The notes beneath the pieces were generated by a model. That model worked only from the letters and a program-made list of their open reading frames with translations, was not told the origin of the DNA and ran no database searches. The translations under genes were made by a program, and so were the position numbers. Below are positions 29,759 through 38,200 of a stretch of DNA of 64,000 nucleotides, one piece after another (within the stretch, counting starts at the first letter, position 1; every line of letters begins with the position of its first letter). The stretch lies in assembly GCA_965219085.1 (NCBI GenBank), contig OZ244720.1, positions 1,088,001 to 1,152,000 on the forward strand. Direction: 5' to 3'. Source of the stretch: Dehalococcoidia bacterium (lineage in GTDB: Bacteria > Chloroflexota > Dehalococcoidia > UBA2979).

Positions 29759-31801
29759 CTACTCTCCGCCGTTCAGGATGCTGAGGGCGATCGCGATCGT
29801 GCCCTCGACGTTGCTTCCTCTGAGGCTCCCGTCATAAGCCTCTACCTTGTACTCGAGGTCCGTGTCCGGGTCGTACAGCCACACCTCAGTCCTGGCGAGC
29901 CTGGTCGGCCAGTCCAGAACGTTCTCCGGCCAGTACCACACCAGGGCCGGGTAGCCATCGATCACCCGGGCCTCGACGTACCCGTCGGTCGCGCCGGCGA
30001 AGTTGGGGGTGCGCCAGAACTGCCCGACGGAGATCTCCAGGGCCAGGCTGCCACTCTCGTTTTGGTAGACCTCGTAGTAGCCGTAGTACCGGAAAAACTC
30101 ACGATTATAGCCCCACCCGATGTGGGACTGGGTCCAGCCGGCCGGCACCGTCGGCGCCTGGTACAGCGGGTGCTCAGTCACTGTCTCTGCCGGGTCGTCG
30201 GGCAGATCGACCTCGACGGTGAGGTCCAACACCGTGGCCCAGTCGTCATCGGTCGGCACCACAATCCAGTCGCCGTAGCGGATCGGTTGCTTCATGGCGG
30301 TGTTCGGGATGTCGGCAGGGGCCCAGTCGAATTCGACGGTCGTGCTCGCGCTCACGTCGCCGCTGCACCCCAACCACGAGTACGCGTACGGGCGCACCGG
30401 GACGCTGCGTACAGCCCCGTCCCCGGTAGCAGCCCCGGTCACCATGTACCGGGCCCAGCAGTCGTCGGCCTCACGCCACTCGACGAGCTCCCCTTCGGCC
30501 AGGCCGTCGTAGAACCCACCCTGGGTCTTGTCGTCGCCGACCATCACGTTGACAACCAGCACCGTCGCTTTGGTGCGCAGGTCCTCGTACGTCGTCACGG
30601 CTTCCGTCGCGCCCTCGGTCTCCGAGTCATCGTCGGGCATCAGGAACCCGTAGCTGCCGGACGCCGTGGCGGCGCCCGTCGAGTCGAAGCTGTCGTACTC
30701 GAACTGCGCAGCCTGAAGGTCCACCGTCACGACCACGTCGCCCAGCGACAGCTTCCCGTCCGGCCGGGGCCGCACGAACGGCTTCGCAGCCTTCAGGTTG
30801 TAGCTGAACTGCGGCGGCGCCTCGTACGTGTACCCAGCGGGGAGTCCGAGCTCCGTCGGGGCCTCCGTCTCGGCGTTGACCGTGAACGTGAACGTCGTGC
30901 CGATCGGCTTGATCAACTGCGAGAAGCTCACGGGCGACGGCACCCCGAACGTCGGGCCTGGATCCCGCTCCAGGTAGAAGCGCGTCCAACCCTCGGGCAG
31001 CTGGGCAGCGGTCACCACCGTGTACTGCTGCCCGCGCTCGACGTGGTACCGCCCGTCCGGGGTCGCCGTCAGCAGCTTGTCCGCGGGGATGTCGGCGACC
31101 TGCGCGTAGTCGCCGGGAGCGCCCCGGTAGACCGCGTGGATGCACGTCGGGTCGGTCGGTGTCGCGCAAGAGCCGGGCTCCGGGGGCGCTGCCGCGGGCG
31201 TCGGGCTGGGGCGAGGCGCGGGCGTCCCCGTCGGGGTCGGCGAAGCCGCCAGCGCTGGGCTCGGCGACGGGGATATGCCCGGCGTCGCCGTCGGTGCCAC
31301 GGTCCATGTGGGCGTCGCGGTGGCAGACGTTGTCACGGTCGGAGCTGCCGTCGGAGCGACGGTCAGGGTGGGCATGGCCGTCGCGGTGGTCGCAGGCGCC
31401 GGCGCGACGGCTGCGGGCGGCTCGCCGTTCCCCTCCACGATCACCTCGAGCGCCACGAGCGCGACCGCCACCACGACGACGCCCGCCAGCGCCGCCACCC
31501 CCGCCCCGACCCACACCAGCGGCCGCCCCACGGACCACAGGGCAGCGGGAATCGCGAACAGCACGCCGCCGAGGCGGCGTCGCCCCGCGGCGGGGCGCCA
31601 GGCGGCGAGGGCGCGGCGGTCGCGCAGCTCCAGCTTCGCGAGCATGTTCGAGATGTGGTAGCGGACCGTGTTGGTGCTCACGCTGATGCGCGCGGCGATC
31701 TCGGCGTTCGTGCCGCCCTCGCGCAACGCATCGAGCACACGCCACTCGGCGGGCGTCAGGACGTCGGGATGGCGCGGGCGACCGCTGCGGCTGCGTTCCA
31801 T
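29759..31801 (-). CDS. LuxR-type HTH + transmembrane + Pro/Thr linker + ectodomain
   Basis: HTH, TM and proximal ectodomain are paralogous to 26604-28229; the distal part is unrelated. Confidence 0.85.
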   Translation of the reverse strand: MERSRSGRPRHPDVLTPAEWRVLDALREGGTNAEIAARISVSTNTVRYHISNMLAKLELRDRRALAAWRPAAGRRRLGGVLFAIPAALWSVGRPLVWVGAGVAALAGVVVVAVALVALEVIVEGNGEPPAAVAPAPATTATAMPTLTVAPTAAPTVTTSATATPTWTVAPTATPGISPSPSPALAASPTPTGTPAPRPSPTPAAAPPEPGSCATPTDPTCIHAVYRGAPGDYAQVADIPADKLLTATPDGRYHVERGQQYTVVTAAQLPEGWTRFYLERDPGPTFGVPSPVSFSQLIKPIGTTFTFTVNAETEAPTELGLPAGYTYEAPPQFSYNLKAAKPFVRPRPDGKLSLGDVVVTVDLQAAQFEYDSFDSTGAATASGSYGFLMPDDDSETEGATEAVTTYEDLRTKATVLVVNVMVGDDKTQGGFYDGLAEGELVEWREADDCWARYMVTGAATGDGAVRSVPVRPYAYSWLGCSGDVSASTTVEFDWAPADIPNTAMKQPIRYGDWIVVPTDDDWATVLDLTVEVDLPDDPAETVTEHPLYQAPTVPAGWTQSHIGWGYNREFFRYYGYYEVYQNESGSLALEISVGQFWRTPNFAGATDGYVEARVIDGYPALVWYWPENVLDWPTRLARTEVWLYDPDTDLEYKVEAYDGSLRGSNVEGTIAIALSILNGGE

Positions 31802-31910
31802 GGAACCATCGTAGAACGCGCGGTGCGGGGGTTTCCCCGTCCACCCGCCGCCTCCCCGGTCCCGCGCGCCGCGAGGTAGCCGCCTCGGCGTGCGGACCTA
31901 CAATGGACGG

Positions 31911-33014
31911 GTGAGCGCTCCACGCATCCTTGTTGCCATGTCCGGCGGCGTCGACTCCGCCGTCGCGGCCGCCCTGCTGCACCGCGAGGGCTACGACGTC
32001 GTGGGCGTGACGCTGCGGCTCTACACCGAGGCCGACGACACCGCGCTGCGCTCGCGTCGCACTTGCTGCGGCGTCGAAGACGTCGCGGACGCGCGCGCCG
32101 CCGCCCAGCGCATCGGCATCCCGCACTACGTGCTCAACATGGAGCGCGAGTTCGAGCGCGATGTGATCGACGTGTTCACGAGCGCCTACGCCGAGGGCCG
32201 CACGCCCAACCCCTGCCTGGCCTGCAACGACCGCATCAAGTTCAGCACGCTCCTCGACCGCGCGAACGCGATGGGTATCGAGCAGCTCGCGACCGGGCAC
32301 TACGCACGGATTCGCGAGCGCGACGGGCGGTGGACACTCCACGCCGCGGCCGACGACGCCAAGGACCAGTCGTACGTGCTGTACACGCTCAAGCAGGAGC
32401 AACTCGCGCGGCTGCGCTTCCCCCTCGGCGACCTGCCGAAGCCGGAGACGCGCCGCGTGGCCGCCGAGCTCGGGCTCGGCGTCGCCGACAAGCCCGACAG
32501 CGCCGACATCTGCTTCGTCCCCGGCGGCGACTACCGCGAGTTGCTGCGCGCGCGCGGCGTCACGTCACGCGCGGGGGCCATCATCGACGCGGACGGGGAG
32601 GAGCTCGGCCGCCACGAGGGCGTCGCCGGCTTCACCGTCGGCCAGCGGCGCGGGCTCGGCATCGCGACGCCGGGACGCCGTTACGTCACGTCAATCGACG
32701 CCGACGCGGGCGTGGTCACGGTCGGCAACGCCGACGACCTGCTCACGAGCAGCATCGAGGCCTCCGCGCCGAGCTGGGTCGGCGAGCCGCCGCAGCCCGG
32801 CGAGCCGCTGCTCGCCCGCGCGCGGTACCACGGCGAGCCCGTGCCGGCGCGGATCGTCGACCGTTCCGGGGACGGCTTCCGCCTCGCCCTCGACCGCCCG
32901 GTGCGGGCGGCCGCGCCGGGCCAGGCGGTCGTGCTCTACCGGCCGACGCCGGGCGACGGCGACGAGGTGGTGGGCGGGGGCGTGATCGAGCGAGGGGCGC
33001 GCGCGGCGCTCTGA
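31911..33014 (+). CDS. mnmA: tRNA 2-thiouridine(34) synthase
   Basis: AMSGGVDS, GRTPNPCLACN, ATGHYAR, KDQSYVL, KPDSADICF, FTVGQRRGLG, PGQAVVLY. Confidence 0.97.
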   Translation: MSAPRILVAMSGGVDSAVAAALLHREGYDVVGVTLRLYTEADDTALRSRRTCCGVEDVADARAAAQRIGIPHYVLNMEREFERDVIDVFTSAYAEGRTPNPCLACNDRIKFSTLLDRANAMGIEQLATGHYARIRERDGRWTLHAAADDAKDQSYVLYTLKQEQLARLRFPLGDLPKPETRRVAAELGLGVADKPDSADICFVPGGDYRELLRARGVTSRAGAIIDADGEELGRHEGVAGFTVGQRRGLGIATPGRRYVTSIDADAGVVTVGNADDLLTSSIEASAPSWVGEPPQPGEPLLARARYHGEPVPARIVDRSGDGFRLALDRPVRAAAPGQAVVLYRPTPGDGDEVVGGGVIERGARAAL

Positions 33015-33027
33015 GCCCCTCGCGCGG

Positions 33028-33426
33028 TCACTGCCGCGCGTCGAGCGTGTCGAGGTCTCCGGGCCAGTCGAGTAGCCGGCGGTCCGCCGTCACCAGCAGG
33101 TGGCCATCGAGCGCGGTGGCGGTGATCACGCGGTCGGCAGGGTCGCCGTGCATGTCGGGGAGGGCGCCCGCGCGCGCGGCGATGACGGCATTCACCGGGA
33201 TCTCGACGAGCCCTTCGTCGATGAGCGTTGTGCGCCATGCGCCGACTTCGCGGCGCAGCGTGTATCGGCCCTTGTCCTGGAGCATCGCCAGTTCCCAGAA
33301 CGAGATGGCGGACACGGCGAGCTCGCCCTGCCGCCACGCCTGCTCGACCTGTGAGCGCGCGCTGCTGCCGAGCCGCAGGTCGCCGGACCGGCTCCACAAC
33401 AGGACGTGCGTATCGAGCAGGATCAT
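33028..33426 (-). CDS. vapC: VapC PIN-domain toxin
   Basis: MILLDTHVLLW, SAISFWELAML, HGDPADRVITATA, VTADRRLL. Confidence 0.92.
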   Translation of the reverse strand: MILLDTHVLLWSRSGDLRLGSSARSQVEQAWRQGELAVSAISFWELAMLQDKGRYTLRREVGAWRTTLIDEGLVEIPVNAVIAARAGALPDMHGDPADRVITATALDGHLLVTADRRLLDWPGDLDTLDARQ

Positions 33427-33704
33427 GGATTGAGGACGCGGTCCGGGTTCGCCTCCGCCTCCCACGCGACATCGACGGGCTCGATGATGTCGCCGTGGAT
33501 CTCGATGATGTCCCGGTCGCGCCCGAACCACTGCTTCGGCCTGACACGGTAGGGGGTGAGCTTCGCGACCGGCCGGCCACGCTTCGTGATCACGATCTCC
33601 TCGCCGCTGTCGGCGACCTCATCCATGAGCTTCAGGCACTTCGCCTTGAACTCGGCCGCCTTCATCGTGCGGCTGACATCGTCCGAGGTGACCTCGCCGT
33701 CCAT
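33423..33704 (-). CDS. Phd/YefM family antitoxin
   Basis: KAAEFKAKCLKLMDEV...IVITKRGRPVAKL; ATGA overlap with vapC. Confidence 0.9.
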   Translation of the reverse strand: MDGEVTSDDVSRTMKAAEFKAKCLKLMDEVADSGEEIVITKRGRPVAKLTPYRVRPKQWFGRDRDIIEIHGDIIEPVDVAWEAEANPDRVLNP

Positions 33705-33994
33705 GCGGTGCTCCCGTCGTCCGTTCGTGACCAGTATCGTACGTCATATGGTCACGTTGCGCCGCTCACCCGTCGCGTCGCGCGGTCGCGTGATCGAGCG
33801 AGGGGCGCGCGCGGCGCACCGAGCCCCGGACTACCAACGCTGACTGTGGTTACATCGTGCGCACGTTGCGCATCGACACCTCCAGGATTCGTTGTCCGCC
33901 AATACGCGCGCGGCTACGATGACCGTGCGGGGTGCGGCACGGTCGTACCCCCGACATTGCGACTTACACGCGGAACGGCGAGGACGGCAGCACG

Positions 33995-34423
33995 GTGCGA
34001 TACGTCGTCCTCCTGTTCTTCCTGTTCATGCTCGCCGCGGCCGGTGGCGTTGCGGGCGTCCTCTACTTCAACATCACGATGGAGGCGATCCGCGACGGCG
34101 TGATCATTGCCTACGGCCTCCTCGGCGCGCTCTTCTTCTTCGTCGGCATCCTCGTGCTGCTCGGCGTCTTCTTCGCCCTGCGGACTGCTTCCGACGCGAC
34201 CGGCGAGGTCTTCAACGAGTCGGTGCGCCCCGTCACGAACGACGCGCGCGAGATGGTCGGGGACGCACGCGAGATGGTTCGCACCGCCCGCACCAGCGTC
34301 GAGTTCGTGACCGACAACGCCGTTTCGCCCGTGATCCGCGCCGTCGCCGTCGTGCGCGGCGTGCGACGCGGCCTGGAGAGCATGGTCGGGGCACGTGCCC
34401 GCCGCGGAGGACCGGGAGGCTAG
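33995..34423 (+). CDS. Membrane protein (2 TM + helical tail)
   Basis: Two hydrophobic helices; GTG start after GAGGA. Confidence 0.7.
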   Translation: MRYVVLLFFLFMLAAAGGVAGVLYFNITMEAIRDGVIIAYGLLGALFFFVGILVLLGVFFALRTASDATGEVFNESVRPVTNDAREMVGDAREMVRTARTSVEFVTDNAVSPVIRAVAVVRGVRRGLESMVGARARRGGPGG

Positions 34424-34425
34424 GC

Positions 34426-34860
34426 ATGCCAGGCCTGTTCCGCCGACGACGCCGCACGAGGCCGCAGGGCCGGTCCTCGTACCAGGTGGCCGAGGTCATC
34501 GGCTCCTCGGTCAACCTCGACGACGCGATCGAGGCGGCGGCGATGCGCATCGCCGCCCGGAATCGCGCGGAGCGCGCTTCGCGGCGCGGCGACTTCGCCG
34601 CCTGGGCGTTCATGGGCATGGTCGCGGCCGGCGCCTACGCCGCCGTGCGCGCGCTGATGAGCCGCGAGAGCCGCGACTTGCTGGACATGCCCGCCCCGCT
34701 CGGCCCCCTCGCCGCGAGCATCGCCGACGACCTGCGCTCGGCGCGCACGAAGGTGCGCGAGGGCATCATCGAGTCGCGCCGAGCGGCGGACGAGGCGAGG
34801 AGCGAACTCGAATCGGAGTACCGCGACCGCATGGGGCGTGCCGACCCCGACGACGCATAG
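34426..34860 (+). CDS. Hypothetical protein with one hydrophobic helix and a coiled tail
   Basis: ATG 2 nt after the previous stop; AWAFMGMVAAGAYAAV helix; strong GC3 bias. Confidence 0.65.
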   Translation: MPGLFRRRRRTRPQGRSSYQVAEVIGSSVNLDDAIEAAAMRIAARNRAERASRRGDFAAWAFMGMVAAGAYAAVRALMSRESRDLLDMPAPLGPLAASIADDLRSARTKVREGIIESRRAADEARSELESEYRDRMGRADPDDA

Positions 34861-34893
34861 CTCGGCGCCGAAACCCCGGCCTATACTGGCTGT

Positions 34894-34979
34894 GGAGAGG
34901 TGTCCGAGCGGTTTAAGGTGCTGCTCTCGAAAAGCAGTAGGCGAAAGCCTCGTGGGTTCGAATCCCACCCTCTCCGCCA
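34894..34979 (+). tRNA. tRNA-Ser(CGA)
   Basis: GGAGAGG acceptor, CTGCT-CT-CGA-AA-AGCAG, long variable arm, GTTCGAATC, CCA; TATACT -10 at 34882. Confidence 0.97.
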
Positions 34980-35052
34980 GCCTCGAACCCCGACGACCGG
35001 GTCGCCCCGGCGAGGGGCGCACGACAAGCCAATGGCGCGGTCAGCGTCACGC

Positions 35053-35143
35053 GGAGAGGTGCCGGAGCGGCTGAACGGGCTCGCCTGGAAAGCGGGTAGA
35101 GGGTATCCCCCTCTCGTGGGTTCGAATCCCACCCTCTCCGCCA
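35053..35143 (+). tRNA. tRNA-Ser(GGA)
   Basis: CTCGC-CT-GGA-AA-GCGGG anticodon arm, long variable arm, GTTCGAATC, CCA. Confidence 0.97.
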
Positions 35144-35274
35144 GCCTGACCCCCCACCCCCACCCGGGTTCGCTGCTCCCGGACCGTCCCCATCCGGCTC
35201 GCCGTGTGCGGAGCCGATGTCCCGGCGCGCCCCCCTATAGTGTCCGCACCCCGATCGGCTGAATCGGAGCGCGC

Positions 35275-38200
35275 ATGCAGCGCGAGCCCGCTGGCAGCGG
35301 CGTCGGCGACAGCGCGAAGCGGCGCGTGCGCGCTCGGCGCTCGGCGCTGCGCGTCGCGCTCGTCGTGGCGGGCTCGGCCGTGTTGGCTGCGCTCGTGTTC
35401 GCCGGACCGTTCGCGCCGGGCGGCGCCGGCTCGCTGTCCGCCGAGGTCTCCACCGGCTCGGTGGAGACGGATCGGTCCGCGCTGCTCGCCGTCTACGAGT
35501 CCGCGAACGGCCTCTACTGGCAGCGAGACGACCATTGGAACAGCGACGAGCCCCTCGATGCGTGGAGGGGCGTCACCACGGACGAGGACGGGCGCGTCAC
35601 GGCCCTCGAGCTCTCGTTCCTCGGCGACGTGAGCGGGACCCTCTCGCCAGCGCTGGGGAACCTCGACCGGCTGGAGAGCCTGACCGTGTCGTTCACGGAC
35701 CTGAGCGGACCGCTCCCAGCCGAGCTCGGGAACCTCACCGACCTGCAGACCCTGAACCTGTCGTTCAACGAGTTCAGCGGGCCGATCCCGCCGGAGCTGG
35801 GGAACCTCACCAACCTGCAGTCGCTCACGCTGGCCTACAACCAGCTCAGCGGACCGATCCCACCCGAGCTCGGGAACCTCACCAACCTCGAGTCGCTGAC
35901 GATCACGAGTCACCCGTCGAGCGCCCCGACCGACCGCGCCTCGCGCCGCCTCGGCGCCTTCCTGGGGCTGCGAGTAAGCGAGAACCGAGTCGGCGGACAG
36001 ATCCCGCCCGAACTGGGCAAGCTCAGCAGCCTGCAATCCCTCGAGCTGTCATCGAACGCGCTCAGCGGGCCGATCCCGCCCGAGCTCGGCAACCTGACCA
36101 ACCTGGCGTCCCTCTCGCTCGCGAACAACCAGTTGAGCGGACCGATCCCGCTGGAGCTGGGCAGGCTCGCCAACCTGCAGTCGCTGGGGCTGAACGAGAA
36201 CGAGCTCAGTGGCTCGATCCCGCCGGAGCTGGGGCAACTCGCCAGCCTGCAAGTGCTGGGCCTGAGCCGGAACGAGCTCAGTGGCTCGATCCCCCCGGAA
36301 CTGGGGCAACTCGCCGGCCTGCAGGGCATCGTCCTCGCCAACAACCAGTTGAGCGGCTCGATCCCACCCGAGCTGGGCGACCTCACGCACATGCGAGCGC
36401 TGGTCCTCTCCGATAACGAGTTGAGCGGCCCGATCCCGGCCGAGCTGGGCAACCTCGCCGGCCTCCAGTTCGTGCGCTTCGCCGGCAATCCAGGCTTGAG
36501 CGGATGCGTGCCCCGCACCCTGCGCCATCTCCTCACCCTCCCGACATTCTCCCTGGCAGGGCCCGGCCATGACTTCGTCGAGGTGGACGTGAACGGCGAC
36601 GGCGATACCGATGACGCGCTGGACGGCGACGTGCCCGGTCTGGGGCTGCCGTTCTGCATGCTGCGCGACCTGCAGCTCGGCGGCGCCACCCTCGACCCGC
36701 CCTTCGCCGCCGGCGCCCCGGCCTACACCGCCTCCGTGGACGGCTCCGTCGCGCACACGGCGGTGACCGCGACGCTCATCGACGGCCACGCCTACGTGCT
36801 GGTCCGCAAGGGCGGGCGGACCTACGCGAGCGGCGAGCCGGTGCCGCTCGACCCGGGCGTGAACGCCCTCAGCATCGAGGTCGCACCGCTGGACGCCACG
36901 CCCCGCCAGGTCTTCACCGTGGCGGTGACACGAGGAGCCGTCGTTCCGATCACGCTCGAGCTGCGCGATGGCAGCGACCTCGTGATCGCGCCCCCCGGCA
37001 CGGCCACCACGGCCGCGAGGCTCCTGGACGGGACCGACGTGCAGGTCGCGTGGAAGTACAACCGCGACACGCGTGCGTGGGACCGCTCGTACCTCCCGGC
37101 GATCGGCTTCGGGGGCTTCCCGATCGGGGCCGGCGACGCGCTCTGGGTCATCGCCGGCAGCGACCAGACGCTGACCGTCGAGGGAGCGCGACCTCCGGCC
37201 GGGGCACAGCCGCCCGGCCCCGTCACGCTCGCCGTGCGCGAGGGCAGCGACCTCCTCGTTGTACCCGCGGGCGCGCCCACGACAGCCGCCGCACTGTTTG
37301 GTGGGACCGACGTGCAGGTCGTGTGGAAGTACGACCGCGCTTCGCGGGCCTGGGACCTCTCCTACCTTCCCGGCCCGGGGTTCGGGGGCTTCGACATCGC
37401 GCCCGGCGATGGGCTCTGGGTGATCTCGCCGCGCGCCCAGACGCTCGGCGGGGCGCCCGCACCGGCGCCTGTCGAGCCGCGGATCGCGGACCCGGTGGCC
37501 GAGGTCAGTACGAGCGAGACCCATACTTGCGCGCTGCGCGAGTCGGGCGAGGTCCTCTGCTGGGGGGCGAACGACCAGGGTCAGACCGACGTGCCGCCGG
37601 AGCGGTACCGCGCCGTCGCCGCGGGTTCGGAGCACACGTGCGGCCTGCTCGAGTCGGGCGAGATCGTCTGCTGGGGGAGCGACCGCGGGGGCCCGTTGGA
37701 CGTGCCGGACGGAACGTACATCGCCGTCGGCGCCGGGTACGCGCGCACGTGCGCGCTTCGCGAGTCGGGCGAAGTCGCCTGCTGGGGATCGTACGGGAGC
37801 GCGCACCAGGACGTTCCATCGGGGACCTACCGCTCGCTGAGCGTGGGGTTCACGCACGCGTGTGCGCTCGGCGAGTCGGGCGAGGTGGTCTGCTGGGGCA
37901 GCAGCGCATTCGACCAGAGCGATGCACCGTCGGGGGTGTACAAGTCGGTGAGTGCGGGCCGAAGCCACACATGCGCGCTTCGGGAGTCGGGCCAGCTGGT
38001 GTGCTGGGGGCTGAACACGTCCGGGAACCGCATGCCCAACTTGTCCGGTACGTACCGCTCGGTCAGCGCGGGTGACGGGTTCACGTGCGGTGTGCGGGAA
38101 TCCGGGAAGGTCGTGTGCTGGGGGAACAACCACCGGGGGGTGACGGAGGTTCCCGACGGGCGCTACGTCTCCGTCAGCGCGGGCGAGCACCACGCGTGCG

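Larger units (their letters stand above)
32980..33827 (+). repeat. 40-bp direct repeat of the mnmA 3' end (32980-33019 and 33788-33827)
   Basis: GCGTGATCGAGCGAGGGGCGCGCGCGGCGC(T/A)C(T/C)GAGCCCC, 38/40 identical, flanking a Phd-VapC pair. Confidence 0.93.

Noticed and set aside
35097-35114. GGGTATCCCC in the tRNA-Ser(GGA) variable arm resembling the locus palindrome
   Set aside because: Explained by tRNA structure; the flanking GCG/CGC arms are absent.
34948-35147. Identical 3' ends of the two tRNA-Ser genes as attL/attR
   Set aside because: Both are complete tRNAs with different anticodons; I saw no downstream tRNA fragment or integrase.
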